IMG/VR virus record: IMGVR_UViG_3300042695_000382 | Location: 922 to 64,921 of that record | Origin: a virus | Taxonomy: Duplodnaviria > Caudoviricetes | Strand: one strand, 5' to 3' | Length of the DNA stretch: 64,000 nucleotides | Shown here: in pieces, positions 48,301-58,200 of the stretch | Layout of the letters: every line of letters starts with the position of its first letter | Numbering within the stretch: the stretch's first letter is position 1 | Notes under the pieces: generated by a model | The model's input: the letters and a program-made list of their open reading frames with translations, nothing else | Databases searched by the model: none | Told to the model about the DNA's origin: nothing | Position numbers and translations under genes: made by a program

Positions 48301-50934
48301 CAATTACAAACTAATCCATTAGTAGGTAGAATTTCTACATCTAAATCTATGGGGACATTAGCTGAATATATGATACCAACTTTGGGTGTATATGAGACTA
48401 GACCTGTAGAATCGTTATTAGATTTATTTTGGGAAACTGCATCAACTGGATTAATATCAGATTTAAATTGGGATATTAATAACGGGTATGATGGGCCAGC
48501 TGGTACAACGCCTCCTGGATTTGATTTTTATGAATGGCAAGATCCTGAAGGACTTGGCGAAGATACAGGAGCTGAAGACTCTCCATATATAACAGATGCA
48601 TTTAATATTCTTAATAACACAAATGTTCCATTAGATCCAACGGTTTGTGTATTAACATCGGTATTTAATTACGAGGTTCCTTCAGTAGACTTTACAAGTA
48701 GCTTTGCTTTAGAAACAATTCCTCCTTCTATACCTAATCCAAACTTATCTTATAGAATAAAAATAATAAATAATTTTGAATTCTTAAATTCAGCATTAAC
48801 TGGAACTAAGTTTTTATTTACATTAACGGTAACATCAGGCGGTATAACAAATAACATATCGCTTATTGGGCAATTAAAGAATAAAGCGCCTTATTTTACA
48901 TTAACTGATCATGATTACGATAGAACCATAACAGTTGATACAATAGATATTGTTACAGTTGAGGCTACAAATGGATCATTTAGACCTAATCCTTTAGCTT
49001 TGCCAATTCCACCTGTTAGAACAAACGGATTGTATTGGACAATAGTTAGTGGTAATGAATTAGGATATTTTGATATAAACCCAAGTACAGGGGTATTATC
49101 ATTGATAAATCACAGTGCTCAACTAGGGGTTTATCCATTAAACATTAAAGTTCAAGATGCTGTTGATTTTGCAACTATACCACCAAGTGCATTAGTTACA
49201 CCTGGTGATGCAAACTTATCTACAAAACAAGATACAGTCAACGTTATTATTACCATAGGAGAAGAACCTATAAATGGCTTTTTAGAATATTGGAATAATA
49301 ATTTTGAAGCATTAGGAACAATGCCAGAGCCCCCTGCTCCATTTGAATCTAGTGAGGGATATTTTGGTGTTTATGTAGGAACAGTATTGCCAACAGATCC
49401 AAATTATGTAACCAGTTTGCCAACACCTCCAGGAGGAGCTTGGACAAATACTCCTAAGAATGTACAATATGATAGTGGCGCATTAGGTGGAATTTATCCT
49501 TCACCCACCGGATTAACAAATGGAGAATTAAGATTTAAATGGACATTACCAAGAATATATGCGGCTGGGCATGGTAATAGATATAGAGCGGATTTACTTA
49601 TATATTATAGAGCAAATACCACCAGTGCTTGGGGATTAGTGCAAGATAACAACGGTGTTGGTATAACAGATGCCCCATATTGGGATCAAAACGTTGCTCC
49701 TAGACCAAATGCGTTATATGTAATTCCTCCAACAACCAGTTCAGTACCTAGTGGGTTAACATCTACTGCCACTGGGGTAATTAGAGTATCTACACCAGGA
49801 GAATATTGTTTCGCTATAAAAGTTACTTCGTACCAACAACAATCTGTTTTTGCTGTAGTAGAAGATGCTAATTTTTATTATGAACAACAAGATAATGGAC
49901 CATCATATCCTGCTACTTATATTAATCCATTTATACCTAGAGAAAGATTTATGGTTGGTTTAATAGAGCCTACTTACGATAATCCATCTGGTGTACCGTA
50001 TAATTCAGCAACTCCAGATGATGGATTTGTGTTTACAATAAATACCACAGTAGATACTGTAACGGATGTTAATAACTTTAGTATTGATCCAGTAGCTGGA
50101 TCTGATCAAATGGTTCCTGGAATGTGGCTACAAAAAGTAGGTAATCCTACAATTGTAAAAGTATTTGGGGTAACAGGAAATGATATAGCCCTTGTTCCTC
50201 CAGGACTTGCTTTAGCTCCAGGAGATCAAGTTACATTTAAACAACAACAACCATATGGAACTGGAAGTGTTAGAGAGATGGGTAATATATGGGCAAGTTC
50301 AAAAGATGCTACATTTGTTAAACAATTTTATTTAGCCGGTGAATTAGTTGATCTTTGGAACCCACCAATTGCGGATAAGTTTTACAACTTTAAAAGCCAT
50401 GTTAAAGCAAATCCTCAAATATCACCAGTACAACCAGTACCATATTTATATACTCCAAATGCTAAAGTTACAGCTTATGCAGCTGCTCAAATAGATGACA
50501 ATGGAACTATTATAGATCAAACATTACCTGCTTATACTATATCTATGTCTGATGTTACCGATATACCTAACTATGGTTCTGCTCCTGGTTTTGTTACAAT
50601 AGCGCAAAAAAACTTGCCATTTCCATTTGAGGATGAATCTCCAGTATGGTTTTATAGCGGAGTAAGAGTAGAAATTACAGGGGTAACAACTAATACAATA
50701 ACTGTTGGCAATGTAATACCAGGTTATAATTTAACTTGGGCGGAAGATTGCACAACTCCAACATTAGATTATTTCCCTAGTCAAACGGAAACTAATTTCC
50801 CATTAGCTCCATCATATACAATAACAGGATTGAATCCAAATACTACATATTATATATTAATGTATCCAGATAATTCAAATGGTTATGTAAACGGAGAATT
50901 CTTTCCAGTAGCGGTTACTACATTACCTGTATAA
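45355..50934 (+). CDS. Large tail nozzle/stabilisation-type protein with Ig-like appendages
   Basis: KMNKDLDDRLVPNGEYRDALN, LLYWTDN, RFSYRF, GNRVIYGN; cadherin-like and FN3-like segments. Confidence 0.75.
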   Translation: MAEIKNSFLLSKMNKDLDDRLVPNGEYRDALNISIGKSENDDVGTLQNVLGNIKIPGAEELVGSEEFGFSGLTCIGFYMDNEHNRIYRFLTNYTDPNPSEITLCETLPYSPDGGWTMKITVYDFNTATYSTLVEGTFLNFSTTNIITGLNLLEGLLYWTDNRNQPRKINYNNCINNSSYYTTETQISVAKYAPVESPLLYIEVKAFATANQPSPLVVDVDSTEGLVVGMTLVSPGLITGGENITILSVDSGASQITLYSAPTNPIVLDQPLIFLISTMSNQENNPAWPGDPAYLESKYVRFSYRFKFDDNEYSILAPFSQIAFIPNQKGYFINGDEQAAYRSTILKWMENNTNNVELLIPMPDTGNNINSTYKIKSIDILYKESNSLAIKVLDSVDYNTIKQAFPDTNIYIYSYQSQKPYKTLAEDQITRVYDKVPTRALAQEISGNRVIYGNFYTTYTPPNAINYNVSVLPKSDIFPSFIEYPNHTLKQNRNYQVGFVLADKFGRQSSVILSTIDLLKLPGGFGGSTIYSAYRPNNEVLPTVKEWFGNALTLLVNDTIKSTRNIPLGTPGLYAEQRGAGFAVSAGVVTDNVYVYTLDTSLPTNPDDSPQLGDYLRGKYTDYVEITSISPPGTITTDGAISDIYNYTVQEEGVLDLKFSYTLNQIGWYSYKVLVKQKEQDYYNVYLPGILDGYPTGQTTGTQVTYTAGVPSLENGINTTNFPTNEVGKTSHMVLINDNINKVPRDLAEVGPDQKQYRSSVELFGRVENRPKLISFVSLPNLANANATSIRYDLTTPEGEDILANIKAGDGLQSVEAQFSNFKWYKNTTVVSNTFLEYNTITNTPGAATLIGSTTIDIIPPLYGDVPAAGDLISLVVSGTPYDYEVASYTTGIVTLVTPVAGADIPNATQLVFTNPNIGMIVFTPSNPISAGWDNFTATAAENNQYFPLRKADVVNTIAYATDLDFLQNSVNNITGSADLNFYQLQTNPLVGRISTSKSMGTLAEYMIPTLGVYETRPVESLLDLFWETASTGLISDLNWDINNGYDGPAGTTPPGFDFYEWQDPEGLGEDTGAEDSPYITDAFNILNNTNVPLDPTVCVLTSVFNYEVPSVDFTSSFALETIPPSIPNPNLSYRIKIINNFEFLNSALTGTKFLFTLTVTSGGITNNISLIGQLKNKAPYFTLTDHDYDRTITVDTIDIVTVEATNGSFRPNPLALPIPPVRTNGLYWTIVSGNELGYFDINPSTGVLSLINHSAQLGVYPLNIKVQDAVDFATIPPSALVTPGDANLSTKQDTVNVIITIGEEPINGFLEYWNNNFEALGTMPEPPAPFESSEGYFGVYVGTVLPTDPNYVTSLPTPPGGAWTNTPKNVQYDSGALGGIYPSPTGLTNGELRFKWTLPRIYAAGHGNRYRADLLIYYRANTTSAWGLVQDNNGVGITDAPYWDQNVAPRPNALYVIPPTTSSVPSGLTSTATGVIRVSTPGEYCFAIKVTSYQQQSVFAVVEDANFYYEQQDNGPSYPATYINPFIPRERFMVGLIEPTYDNPSGVPYNSATPDDGFVFTINTTVDTVTDVNNFSIDPVAGSDQMVPGMWLQKVGNPTIVKVFGVTGNDIALVPPGLALAPGDQVTFKQQQPYGTGSVREMGNIWASSKDATFVKQFYLAGELVDLWNPPIADKFYNFKSHVKANPQISPVQPVPYLYTPNAKVTAYAAAQIDDNGTIIDQTLPAYTISMSDVTDIPNYGSAPGFVTIAQKNLPFPFEDESPVWFYSGVRVEITGVTTNTITVGNVIPGYNLTWAEDCTTPTLDYFPSQTETNFPLAPSYTITGLNPNTTYYILMYPDNSNGYVNGEFFPVAVTTLPV

Positions 50935-50970
50935 AGGTTAAAAATATTAAAAAATAAGTGATTATTAATT

Positions 50971-52521
50971 ATGGCAGCAACATTAGAATTAAAATATTTC
51001 AATTCTTTCTGGTTAAAGAAGTTAGATAGCATTGTAAATGTTTCAAATACAGTTGGGAGTATAACAGATGATGTTATAGATTCAAATGTAATAATTTTAG
51101 ATCCTATAAACCTTTCAGTTAGCGTTGGACAAACACTTGACTGGGAGGGTAAATTGGATACACAAAATCCGACCGTTGTATATACTGATGGCACTACTAT
51201 AATACTTAGTGAATATGTTACAATAATGGCACCTAAAGATATAATTTTTGGGCCTATTACAGATTTTAATCATATACCAGTTGCTTATGAAGACGGACCA
51301 ACAGATTGGTATATTGAGGAATCAAGAATACGTGGAGGATATGACAATACAGACATTGATTTAGGGGTGAAAGCTTACATTGTTGAAAATACTTTATCAC
51401 AACAACACTTAGCAAGTTCTATGATATATTCAGGTATATTTAATTCTAGAACAGGTGTTAATAATACAAATCAATTTTCTGTTGCTGAAGATATTACAAG
51501 AGCTGTAGAACCATCACAAGGTACAATACAAAAATTATATGCAGAAGATACTAACTTAATTATTTTCCAAGAGAAAAAAGTTAGTAGGGCATTGATTGAT
51601 AAAGATGCAATTTATTCAGCAGAAGGCCAACCAATGACCACCTCTGGTGCTCAAGTAATTGGACAAATACAATCTTATGCTGGTAATTATGGTATATCTA
51701 ATAACCCTGAAAGTTTTGCTGTTTATGGTTATAGAAAATACTTTACAGATAGAACACAAAATGTTGTTTTAAGATTATCTCAAGATGGTATAACAGAAAT
51801 ATCAGCTTATGGCATGATTGATTTCTTTAGAGATAATTTATCAGCTGTTGGCAATAATGGTAGAATAGTGGGAATGTGGGATATGCATAACAAACAATAT
51901 GTGTTATCTATGCAACCAGCTAACTCGGCAAACTTTAAAACATTAACATTTGATGAGGATGTTAGTGGATGGACTAGTTTATTTTCATTTAAACCAGAAC
52001 TTGGCGGTAGTTTATTAAATAACTATTATACATTTGAAGGCGGAAATATATGGAGACATTATGCGGATCCAATATTAGATAATACACCATATTCTAAATT
52101 TTACGGAGTTCAATATAATTCGAATGCTACAGTAGTATTAAATTCAAATGTTTCTTTAATTAAGAACTTTAGTACTATAAATTATGAAGGAAGTTCAGGT
52201 TGGAATTTAGAAAGTTTATATACAAATACAGATACAGCTTTACCAATTAGTAATAATGTTGAAGTGCTTACATTAGCAGATTTAGAAAATCAATTGTTTT
52301 TAAATAACTTTAAACGAAAAGAAGATAAGTTTTTTGCTAATATTATAAATAGTTCTAATCCTGGTTATGGAAATGTAATCTATGGTAATTCAATGTCCGG
52401 TGTTAAAGGATTTTATGCTACAGCAAGATTATCATTTACTAATCCACCAGTTGAACCAACAACACCAGCAAAAGCAGAATTATTTGCAGTATCTTTAGAA
52501 TATGTAGAATCATCATATTAA
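50971..52521 (+). CDS. Tail nozzle/stabilisation protein, C-terminal-type subunit
   Basis: YSGIFNSRTGVNNTNQF, YGISNNPESFA, YFTD, RLSQDGITEIS, WTSLFSF. Confidence 0.75.
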   Translation: MAATLELKYFNSFWLKKLDSIVNVSNTVGSITDDVIDSNVIILDPINLSVSVGQTLDWEGKLDTQNPTVVYTDGTTIILSEYVTIMAPKDIIFGPITDFNHIPVAYEDGPTDWYIEESRIRGGYDNTDIDLGVKAYIVENTLSQQHLASSMIYSGIFNSRTGVNNTNQFSVAEDITRAVEPSQGTIQKLYAEDTNLIIFQEKKVSRALIDKDAIYSAEGQPMTTSGAQVIGQIQSYAGNYGISNNPESFAVYGYRKYFTDRTQNVVLRLSQDGITEISAYGMIDFFRDNLSAVGNNGRIVGMWDMHNKQYVLSMQPANSANFKTLTFDEDVSGWTSLFSFKPELGGSLLNNYYTFEGGNIWRHYADPILDNTPYSKFYGVQYNSNATVVLNSNVSLIKNFSTINYEGSSGWNLESLYTNTDTALPISNNVEVLTLADLENQLFLNNFKRKEDKFFANIINSSNPGYGNVIYGNSMSGVKGFYATARLSFTNPPVEPTTPAKAELFAVSLEYVESSY

Positions 52522-52531
52522 ATTTAATTAA

Positions 52532-52987
52532 ATGACAAAATTAACCAAGAAGGAATTAAAGGTTAGAGCTCAAATAGAGTCATTAGAGGCTGCTTTAATG
52601 AATCATTCCGAAGAATTAGGATTAGTTGTAGGAGATTCAGAAATGTTTCCTCTAAAACACTCCTTTGTTGATGGTTTATACATTAGAGAAATGTCTATGC
52701 CTAAAGATCATTTTGCAATTGGCAAACTACAAAAGCACGAACATTTGTGGATGTTGCTTCAAGGTAAACTTACGGTGACAACACAATCCGGGAGTGCCGA
52801 ATATATTGCCCCTTGTTATGTTAAAGCAAAACCTGGAGAAAAGAAAGCGGTATATGCTCATGAAGATTCAATATTTGTTAATATATATCCAAACCCAGAT
52901 AATAATCAAGATTTAGAAAAAATAGAAAATACCTGGATAGCTAAAAACTATTTAGAGTATGAAGAGTTTAAAAAATTAAAAGAATAA
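52532..52987 (+). CDS. Cupin-fold protein
   Basis: LKHSFVDGLYIREM...GKLQKHEH...KPGEKK. Confidence 0.7.
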   Translation: MTKLTKKELKVRAQIESLEAALMNHSEELGLVVGDSEMFPLKHSFVDGLYIREMSMPKDHFAIGKLQKHEHLWMLLQGKLTVTTQSGSAEYIAPCYVKAKPGEKKAVYAHEDSIFVNIYPNPDNNQDLEKIENTWIAKNYLEYEEFKKLKE

Positions 52988-52990
52988 TAT

Positions 52991-53716
52991 ATGTCATACG
53001 TAGCAATAGGAGGCGCTGCAGTCAGTATAGTTGGCGGAATTTTTGGTTCTAGTTCAGCTAATTCTCAAGCTAGAGCAGCCGCTGAAGAAAAAGCAAGATT
53101 AGGAGCTGAATTAAATAGACTAGAGAATAGTCGTCAGGCTATTATAAATCCGTGGGCCACTACTAAAGATATGAGTTCTCTTATAAAAGACAGTTCTTCT
53201 TTAGTTACAAATGCTTTTGCTAATTTAGGGGTAGCTACTCAGGCTTCTAAATTTGAAGCGGAACAAATTGATATTTCATTAGCAAATACATTGGATACAT
53301 TGAGAGAAACCGGAGCAAGTGCCGGTGGAGCAACTGCTTTAGCCAATGCTGCCTTAAAAGCAAAACAAGGGATTTCTGCTAATATAGAACAACAAGAGGC
53401 TAAAAATGATCAATTAAGAGCTCAAGGACGACAAGATCTTGAAAGAATTAAATTAGCGGAAGCACAAAGAACACAAGCAGCTCAATTAAGTGAAGCTCAA
53501 AGAGTTCAAGGAGCTGAAGCGGCAGGAGCACAATTCCAATTCAATGCAAGAGAAGAAAGAGAGCAACAAAAAATTGACAGAATTGCCGGGCTTATGGGTG
53601 CTGCTGGTAATAGAGAAGCTCAATCAAGAGCTAATGCAACAAGTGCAATAACAGGAGCTTTTGGATCTGTAGCAGGTGCATTAGGAACATTAGGAAATAC
53701 ATTAAATTCAAACTAG
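52991..53716 (+). CDS. Internal virion (ejection) protein
   Basis: Gly/Ala hydrophobic ends with a Gln/Ala-rich coiled coil. Confidence 0.7.
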   Translation: MSYVAIGGAAVSIVGGIFGSSSANSQARAAAEEKARLGAELNRLENSRQAIINPWATTKDMSSLIKDSSSLVTNAFANLGVATQASKFEAEQIDISLANTLDTLRETGASAGGATALANAALKAKQGISANIEQQEAKNDQLRAQGRQDLERIKLAEAQRTQAAQLSEAQRVQGAEAAGAQFQFNAREEREQQKIDRIAGLMGAAGNREAQSRANATSAITGAFGSVAGALGTLGNTLNSN

Positions 53717-53722
53717 TAATAA

Positions 53723-55216
53723 ATGGGAGCATATTCAAATCCAGATCAGTACGCAGGCGTTGATGCATTAAAACAGGAAGGGCAGGCATACCAAAATATG
53801 TTTGAAACTATTACAAGAACAGTCTCAAGTGTTTCTGAAAAAATAGCCGAACGTCATAGATTAAATGAAAAGAAAAATAAAGCAATTCTTGATAAGACAG
53901 AAGAAGACGGATCTAAATTACAAATTCTTTTAGAGAAAGGTATAGGTAAGGAAAAAGTAGGATTAAACTATGACTGTTATCAAGACGCTATAAAAGAATG
54001 GAAAACAATAAATAACAAAGTAGCAGCTGGATTGGCAACCCCTGAGGAAAAAAGAAAGTCTGCACAAATTATAGCGAGTGTTGATAATTTTTCTAGTTCT
54101 GCTGCAGATACAGTTGGACTTATTCAAACTTGGGATAAATCTATGAAAATGGTGGGTGAAGGGTCACCGGATTTAGCAGGGTGTGATCCGGACATGGTTA
54201 GAACCTTGAATGCCTTAAAAAGCAGAGATGGCAATCAAATTCAACCTGGATTTTATAAGGATGAAAATGGAACTTATGATTATACCAATCATGGTTATAT
54301 ATTATCTGCATATAAAGGTGCTGATGGGGTAGAATATCCTGAAAAATTTATAAGTGGTAAAGAATTAAAAACCGCTTTAGATAATGGTGGAGCAAGCGGA
54401 ATGGTTTATAAAAAAAGTTATTCTAGCGATAATAAAAAAGTATCAAATGCTTTTAAAATTGGTGATGATGGTATTGGTATTTTTGAATACAACAAAAATG
54501 AACCTACAGGGAAAGTATCTGCTGATTATTTAACAGATGAGCCAGGACAAGAAATTACAATAAGAAAAACACAAGAGGGGGTTTGGAAACAAAAAACATT
54601 AAAAGTAGACAGAAGCAAAATACTTAATGCAGTCGGAACCCAACTTGATGCAGTCGCGGATGCTAGTGCTACCGTAACAAATGAAATTGCTACAAAGTAT
54701 AATAATTATGTTTTACCTATTGTTGATAAAGAAAAAAATCCTAATTTTGAAAGTTACAATAAATTAGAAGATTTTGCTAAATTTGTTCCAATCCCAGGTT
54801 ATGATAAAGCATTCCCTTACAATAAAGCAATTTTAACTTCAGATGAAGAAACATTAAATGCTATACGCCACAATAATAGAGCTGCCTTTGCTCAAACATT
54901 AAGGTCAGAGCAGCCAGTTGGCGAGATGTATTTTGTACCAAATCCAAAACCAGAAAAACCTGTAAAAGCAGGGGCTGGTAAAACTGCAAAAGTGCCTGCT
55001 GCTGAATTAAAACAAAAAGCTTTTAATGACAGAATTAATACCTTGATTGAAACAAAAAAAGGAGGCGTAACGGCTGGGGGATATACCCTTAGTATAGTTG
55101 ATGGCAAATGGGGACTTAGAGATAAACTAGGCATTGAAAAATATGGAACTGAAAACATAACAAGTCCAAGAGAATTAGCAACATACATAGGATCAACTCT
55201 TCCAGTATTAAAATAA
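53723..55216 (+). CDS. Putative internal virion protein
   Basis: Lies between the ejection-type gene and the giant gene. Confidence 0.6.
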   Translation: MGAYSNPDQYAGVDALKQEGQAYQNMFETITRTVSSVSEKIAERHRLNEKKNKAILDKTEEDGSKLQILLEKGIGKEKVGLNYDCYQDAIKEWKTINNKVAAGLATPEEKRKSAQIIASVDNFSSSAADTVGLIQTWDKSMKMVGEGSPDLAGCDPDMVRTLNALKSRDGNQIQPGFYKDENGTYDYTNHGYILSAYKGADGVEYPEKFISGKELKTALDNGGASGMVYKKSYSSDNKKVSNAFKIGDDGIGIFEYNKNEPTGKVSADYLTDEPGQEITIRKTQEGVWKQKTLKVDRSKILNAVGTQLDAVADASATVTNEIATKYNNYVLPIVDKEKNPNFESYNKLEDFAKFVPIPGYDKAFPYNKAILTSDEETLNAIRHNNRAAFAQTLRSEQPVGEMYFVPNPKPEKPVKAGAGKTAKVPAAELKQKAFNDRINTLIETKKGGVTAGGYTLSIVDGKWGLRDKLGIEKYGTENITSPRELATYIGSTLPVLK

Positions 55217-55231
55217 TAATTAAATAAGTTT

Positions 55232-58200
55232 ATGGCAAAATATATTAATGATTCAGGTGATTATTTTGACGAAGAAGAAATTAACCAATTTGCTCAAGAT
55301 CAAGATACTACTTTTGAAGACGTAATAGGAAGAAATAATCTAGTTCCAGTAGAAGAGACCGATCAAGAAGAAGATCCTGGTAAGCCAAAGAAAAAACCTA
55401 CAAATAAACAAAAGGCTGTTGTATCTCAAAATCAACAACCTATAAATGGGTTTGGTAAAATACCAGAAAATCCATTGGGAGCGGCTAACGTTCCTACAGC
55501 AGTAAGCACAGTCAAACCAAAACCTAAAGCAAAACCGGTAGAGCAACCATCATTATGGGATGACGCTGTTGGTCTTGCTAAAAGTTTATTCCCTGATAGT
55601 GAGGAAGACAATAATGGAAAGTTAACTTACTTCGAACAGACTCCTATTAAAGTACAACAGCAAACATTTAATCAAGATTCTAAAGATGCAATGAATGCTA
55701 CCGGCAAGTTTGAATTCCTTGGGGATTACAAGCCGGAAGATCGTGCTTTATTCGTTTCTAAATTACTACCTAAAACTAATTATACAGAAAAAAAATATAA
55801 TCAGGAAACAAACGAATACGAGGTTAAGCCTAAACAGGAGGCCATCGATTATGTAAAAAGTGATATAAATCCTAAGGATTTTAAAACACAAGAGCAACTT
55901 GATCAAGCTATTGCTCTAAACGTAAAAAAATTAGCATCTCAAGATAGTGCTTTTGAATTTGAACAGAATTTTGCTAAAGCAAAGGCTGCTCCGTTAATTA
56001 AACAAAAAGCTACTGAGATACAAAAAAAATATAAATTAGATAATCCTGCAGAAGTAGAAAAAGCAACAAAAGAATTACAAGACTATGCTGCTAAAACCAC
56101 CACGGATTTTTTAATTAATTCCCAAGGTTTCCAAAGTTTAAATAACCAATTCTCTGAAATTGAAAATGGAGCTAAACAAGATTTAACAAAGTCATTTGGG
56201 AGAAGCAAAGATACCTTCTTGTCTGCAATGGATATTACAAAGAATGTAGCAGCTGCTGCAAAAGAACAAGGTGCTGTTGGTAAAGCATTAGGCACTGGCC
56301 TTGAGTTAGCAACAGAATTAGTTGAAGGAGCAGGTAAAGGTGTTCAGAATGTAGGGCAATCTATTAAACAATCTTTAATTTCTGCTAGTCATAATAGTAT
56401 TAAGGATTTAGGCAATACTTATTCTGATATTAAAGATAAACCTAATAATACCCCATTAGATAAATCTTTTGCTTATGAGTGGGAAAGAAGTAATTTTGGT
56501 GTATATGATCCTAAAGAACAAGATACCCCAAAAACTTATGGTGAGGCTAAAGACAGATTAAAAAAATATTTAGATAAAACAAACGCTTTAATTGGTGATA
56601 GAGTAAAATCTATTGAGGAAAGTAAAAAATATATAGGTCTATTTAATCAAGCTGATTTAAAAGACGGTATACAATTAAATGATATATTCCAATTAGTAGG
56701 AGAACAAACTCCAAACATTGGATTAACTGCTGTTGGTGTTGCTACTGGAAATCCTGTAATTACGGGACTATCCGTAGCAAATATGTTTACTCAAACTTAC
56801 GGCCCACAATATTACAATGCAATTGAAACCGGTCTTAAAGAAGATTTGGGAAGAGAACCTAATAAAGAAGAAATTGCAAAAGCTATTGGGGATGGTAAAT
56901 ATGCAGATAGGGGAGAAGCTGCTGCGTGGTCTGCGTTATCTGCTGCAACTGAATTTGCAGGTGAATTAAATGTATTAAAAAATACAGGTAAAGCTTTAGG
57001 TATGGGTAATGATGCTAAAACAGTGTTAGGATCTTTATTTAGAGGCGAAATTAAGAACTTTGGTAAAAGCGCAATATCAAACGCTAAAGCTATAACAAGT
57101 TCTGCATTAGGTGAGTATTTAACAGAAAGTACTCAGCAAGCAATTGACCAAGTTAGTATGGGATTACAATTGCAAGGTGATGCAAAAAAATATTTAAACT
57201 TAAGAGATATTAATGAGGCTGGTATCCAAGGTGGATTAGTTGGCTTTGTATTCCCTTTTGTTGGGGCTGTTAAAACACAATCTGCTATTGAGCTAAAAGC
57301 TGCGGCTACAAAGGTAGCAACATCATTTGATTTATCAAGTAAAAACATTGATAACTTAGTACAGGTAGATAAATTTTTTAAAGCCGCTGGTGATAATATC
57401 AACGAAAGATTTAAAGTTGGTGATATTACAGAGGAACAAAAACAATCTGAATTAGAAACATTAGGTACAATAAGAAGTGCTGGTGCTAAAATACCTTCAG
57501 CATTTTCAGAAAGTGCTAAAAAACAATCTTTAGATTTAATGCTTGAAAAAGCAAATATTGAAAAAGAAATTGATGGTAAAGATAAAGATTTAGTAGCTCC
57601 TGAAACAGCAAGGCTTAAAGATATAAGTGCCGAATTATCAGCAATTTCTTTAGGAGAAAAACTTAATATCCCAACTGAAGTATCAAAAGATATTGATACT
57701 GATATAAAAAGAACCCGTACTGCTATAGAAAAATTAGGGTTGCAAGAAGAAATTGATTTTCAGGATTTGAATACATCGGCGGATGTATTTACCTATTTAT
57801 CTGAAAACACAGAACTTGATGAAGCTGAAAAGAAACGTCTTTCAAATCAATACGGGCTTTTTGTGCCTTTAAAAAACGGCAAAGAAGCATTAATTATAAA
57901 TAAAGAAGCTAATAATAAAGATTTAGTTGTAACCACAGGGCAACATGAATTTCTACACAAACTTATTTATAGAGCTGTATCAAATAATAAAGAATTACAA
58001 AAAAAGATTGGTACTGATTTATATAATCATATTGAAGGTTATTTAGGTGCAGATGTATTAAATAATACAGAATTTAAGGAAAGATACGATAAGTATAAAG
58101 AGCAATTTGGAGTAACAAAATCTCAGGTTGAGTCAAAAACAAAAGACCTTGAAAAATATTTTTCAAAAGGACAAATAAGTGAGGAAAGTTATAATGACTA

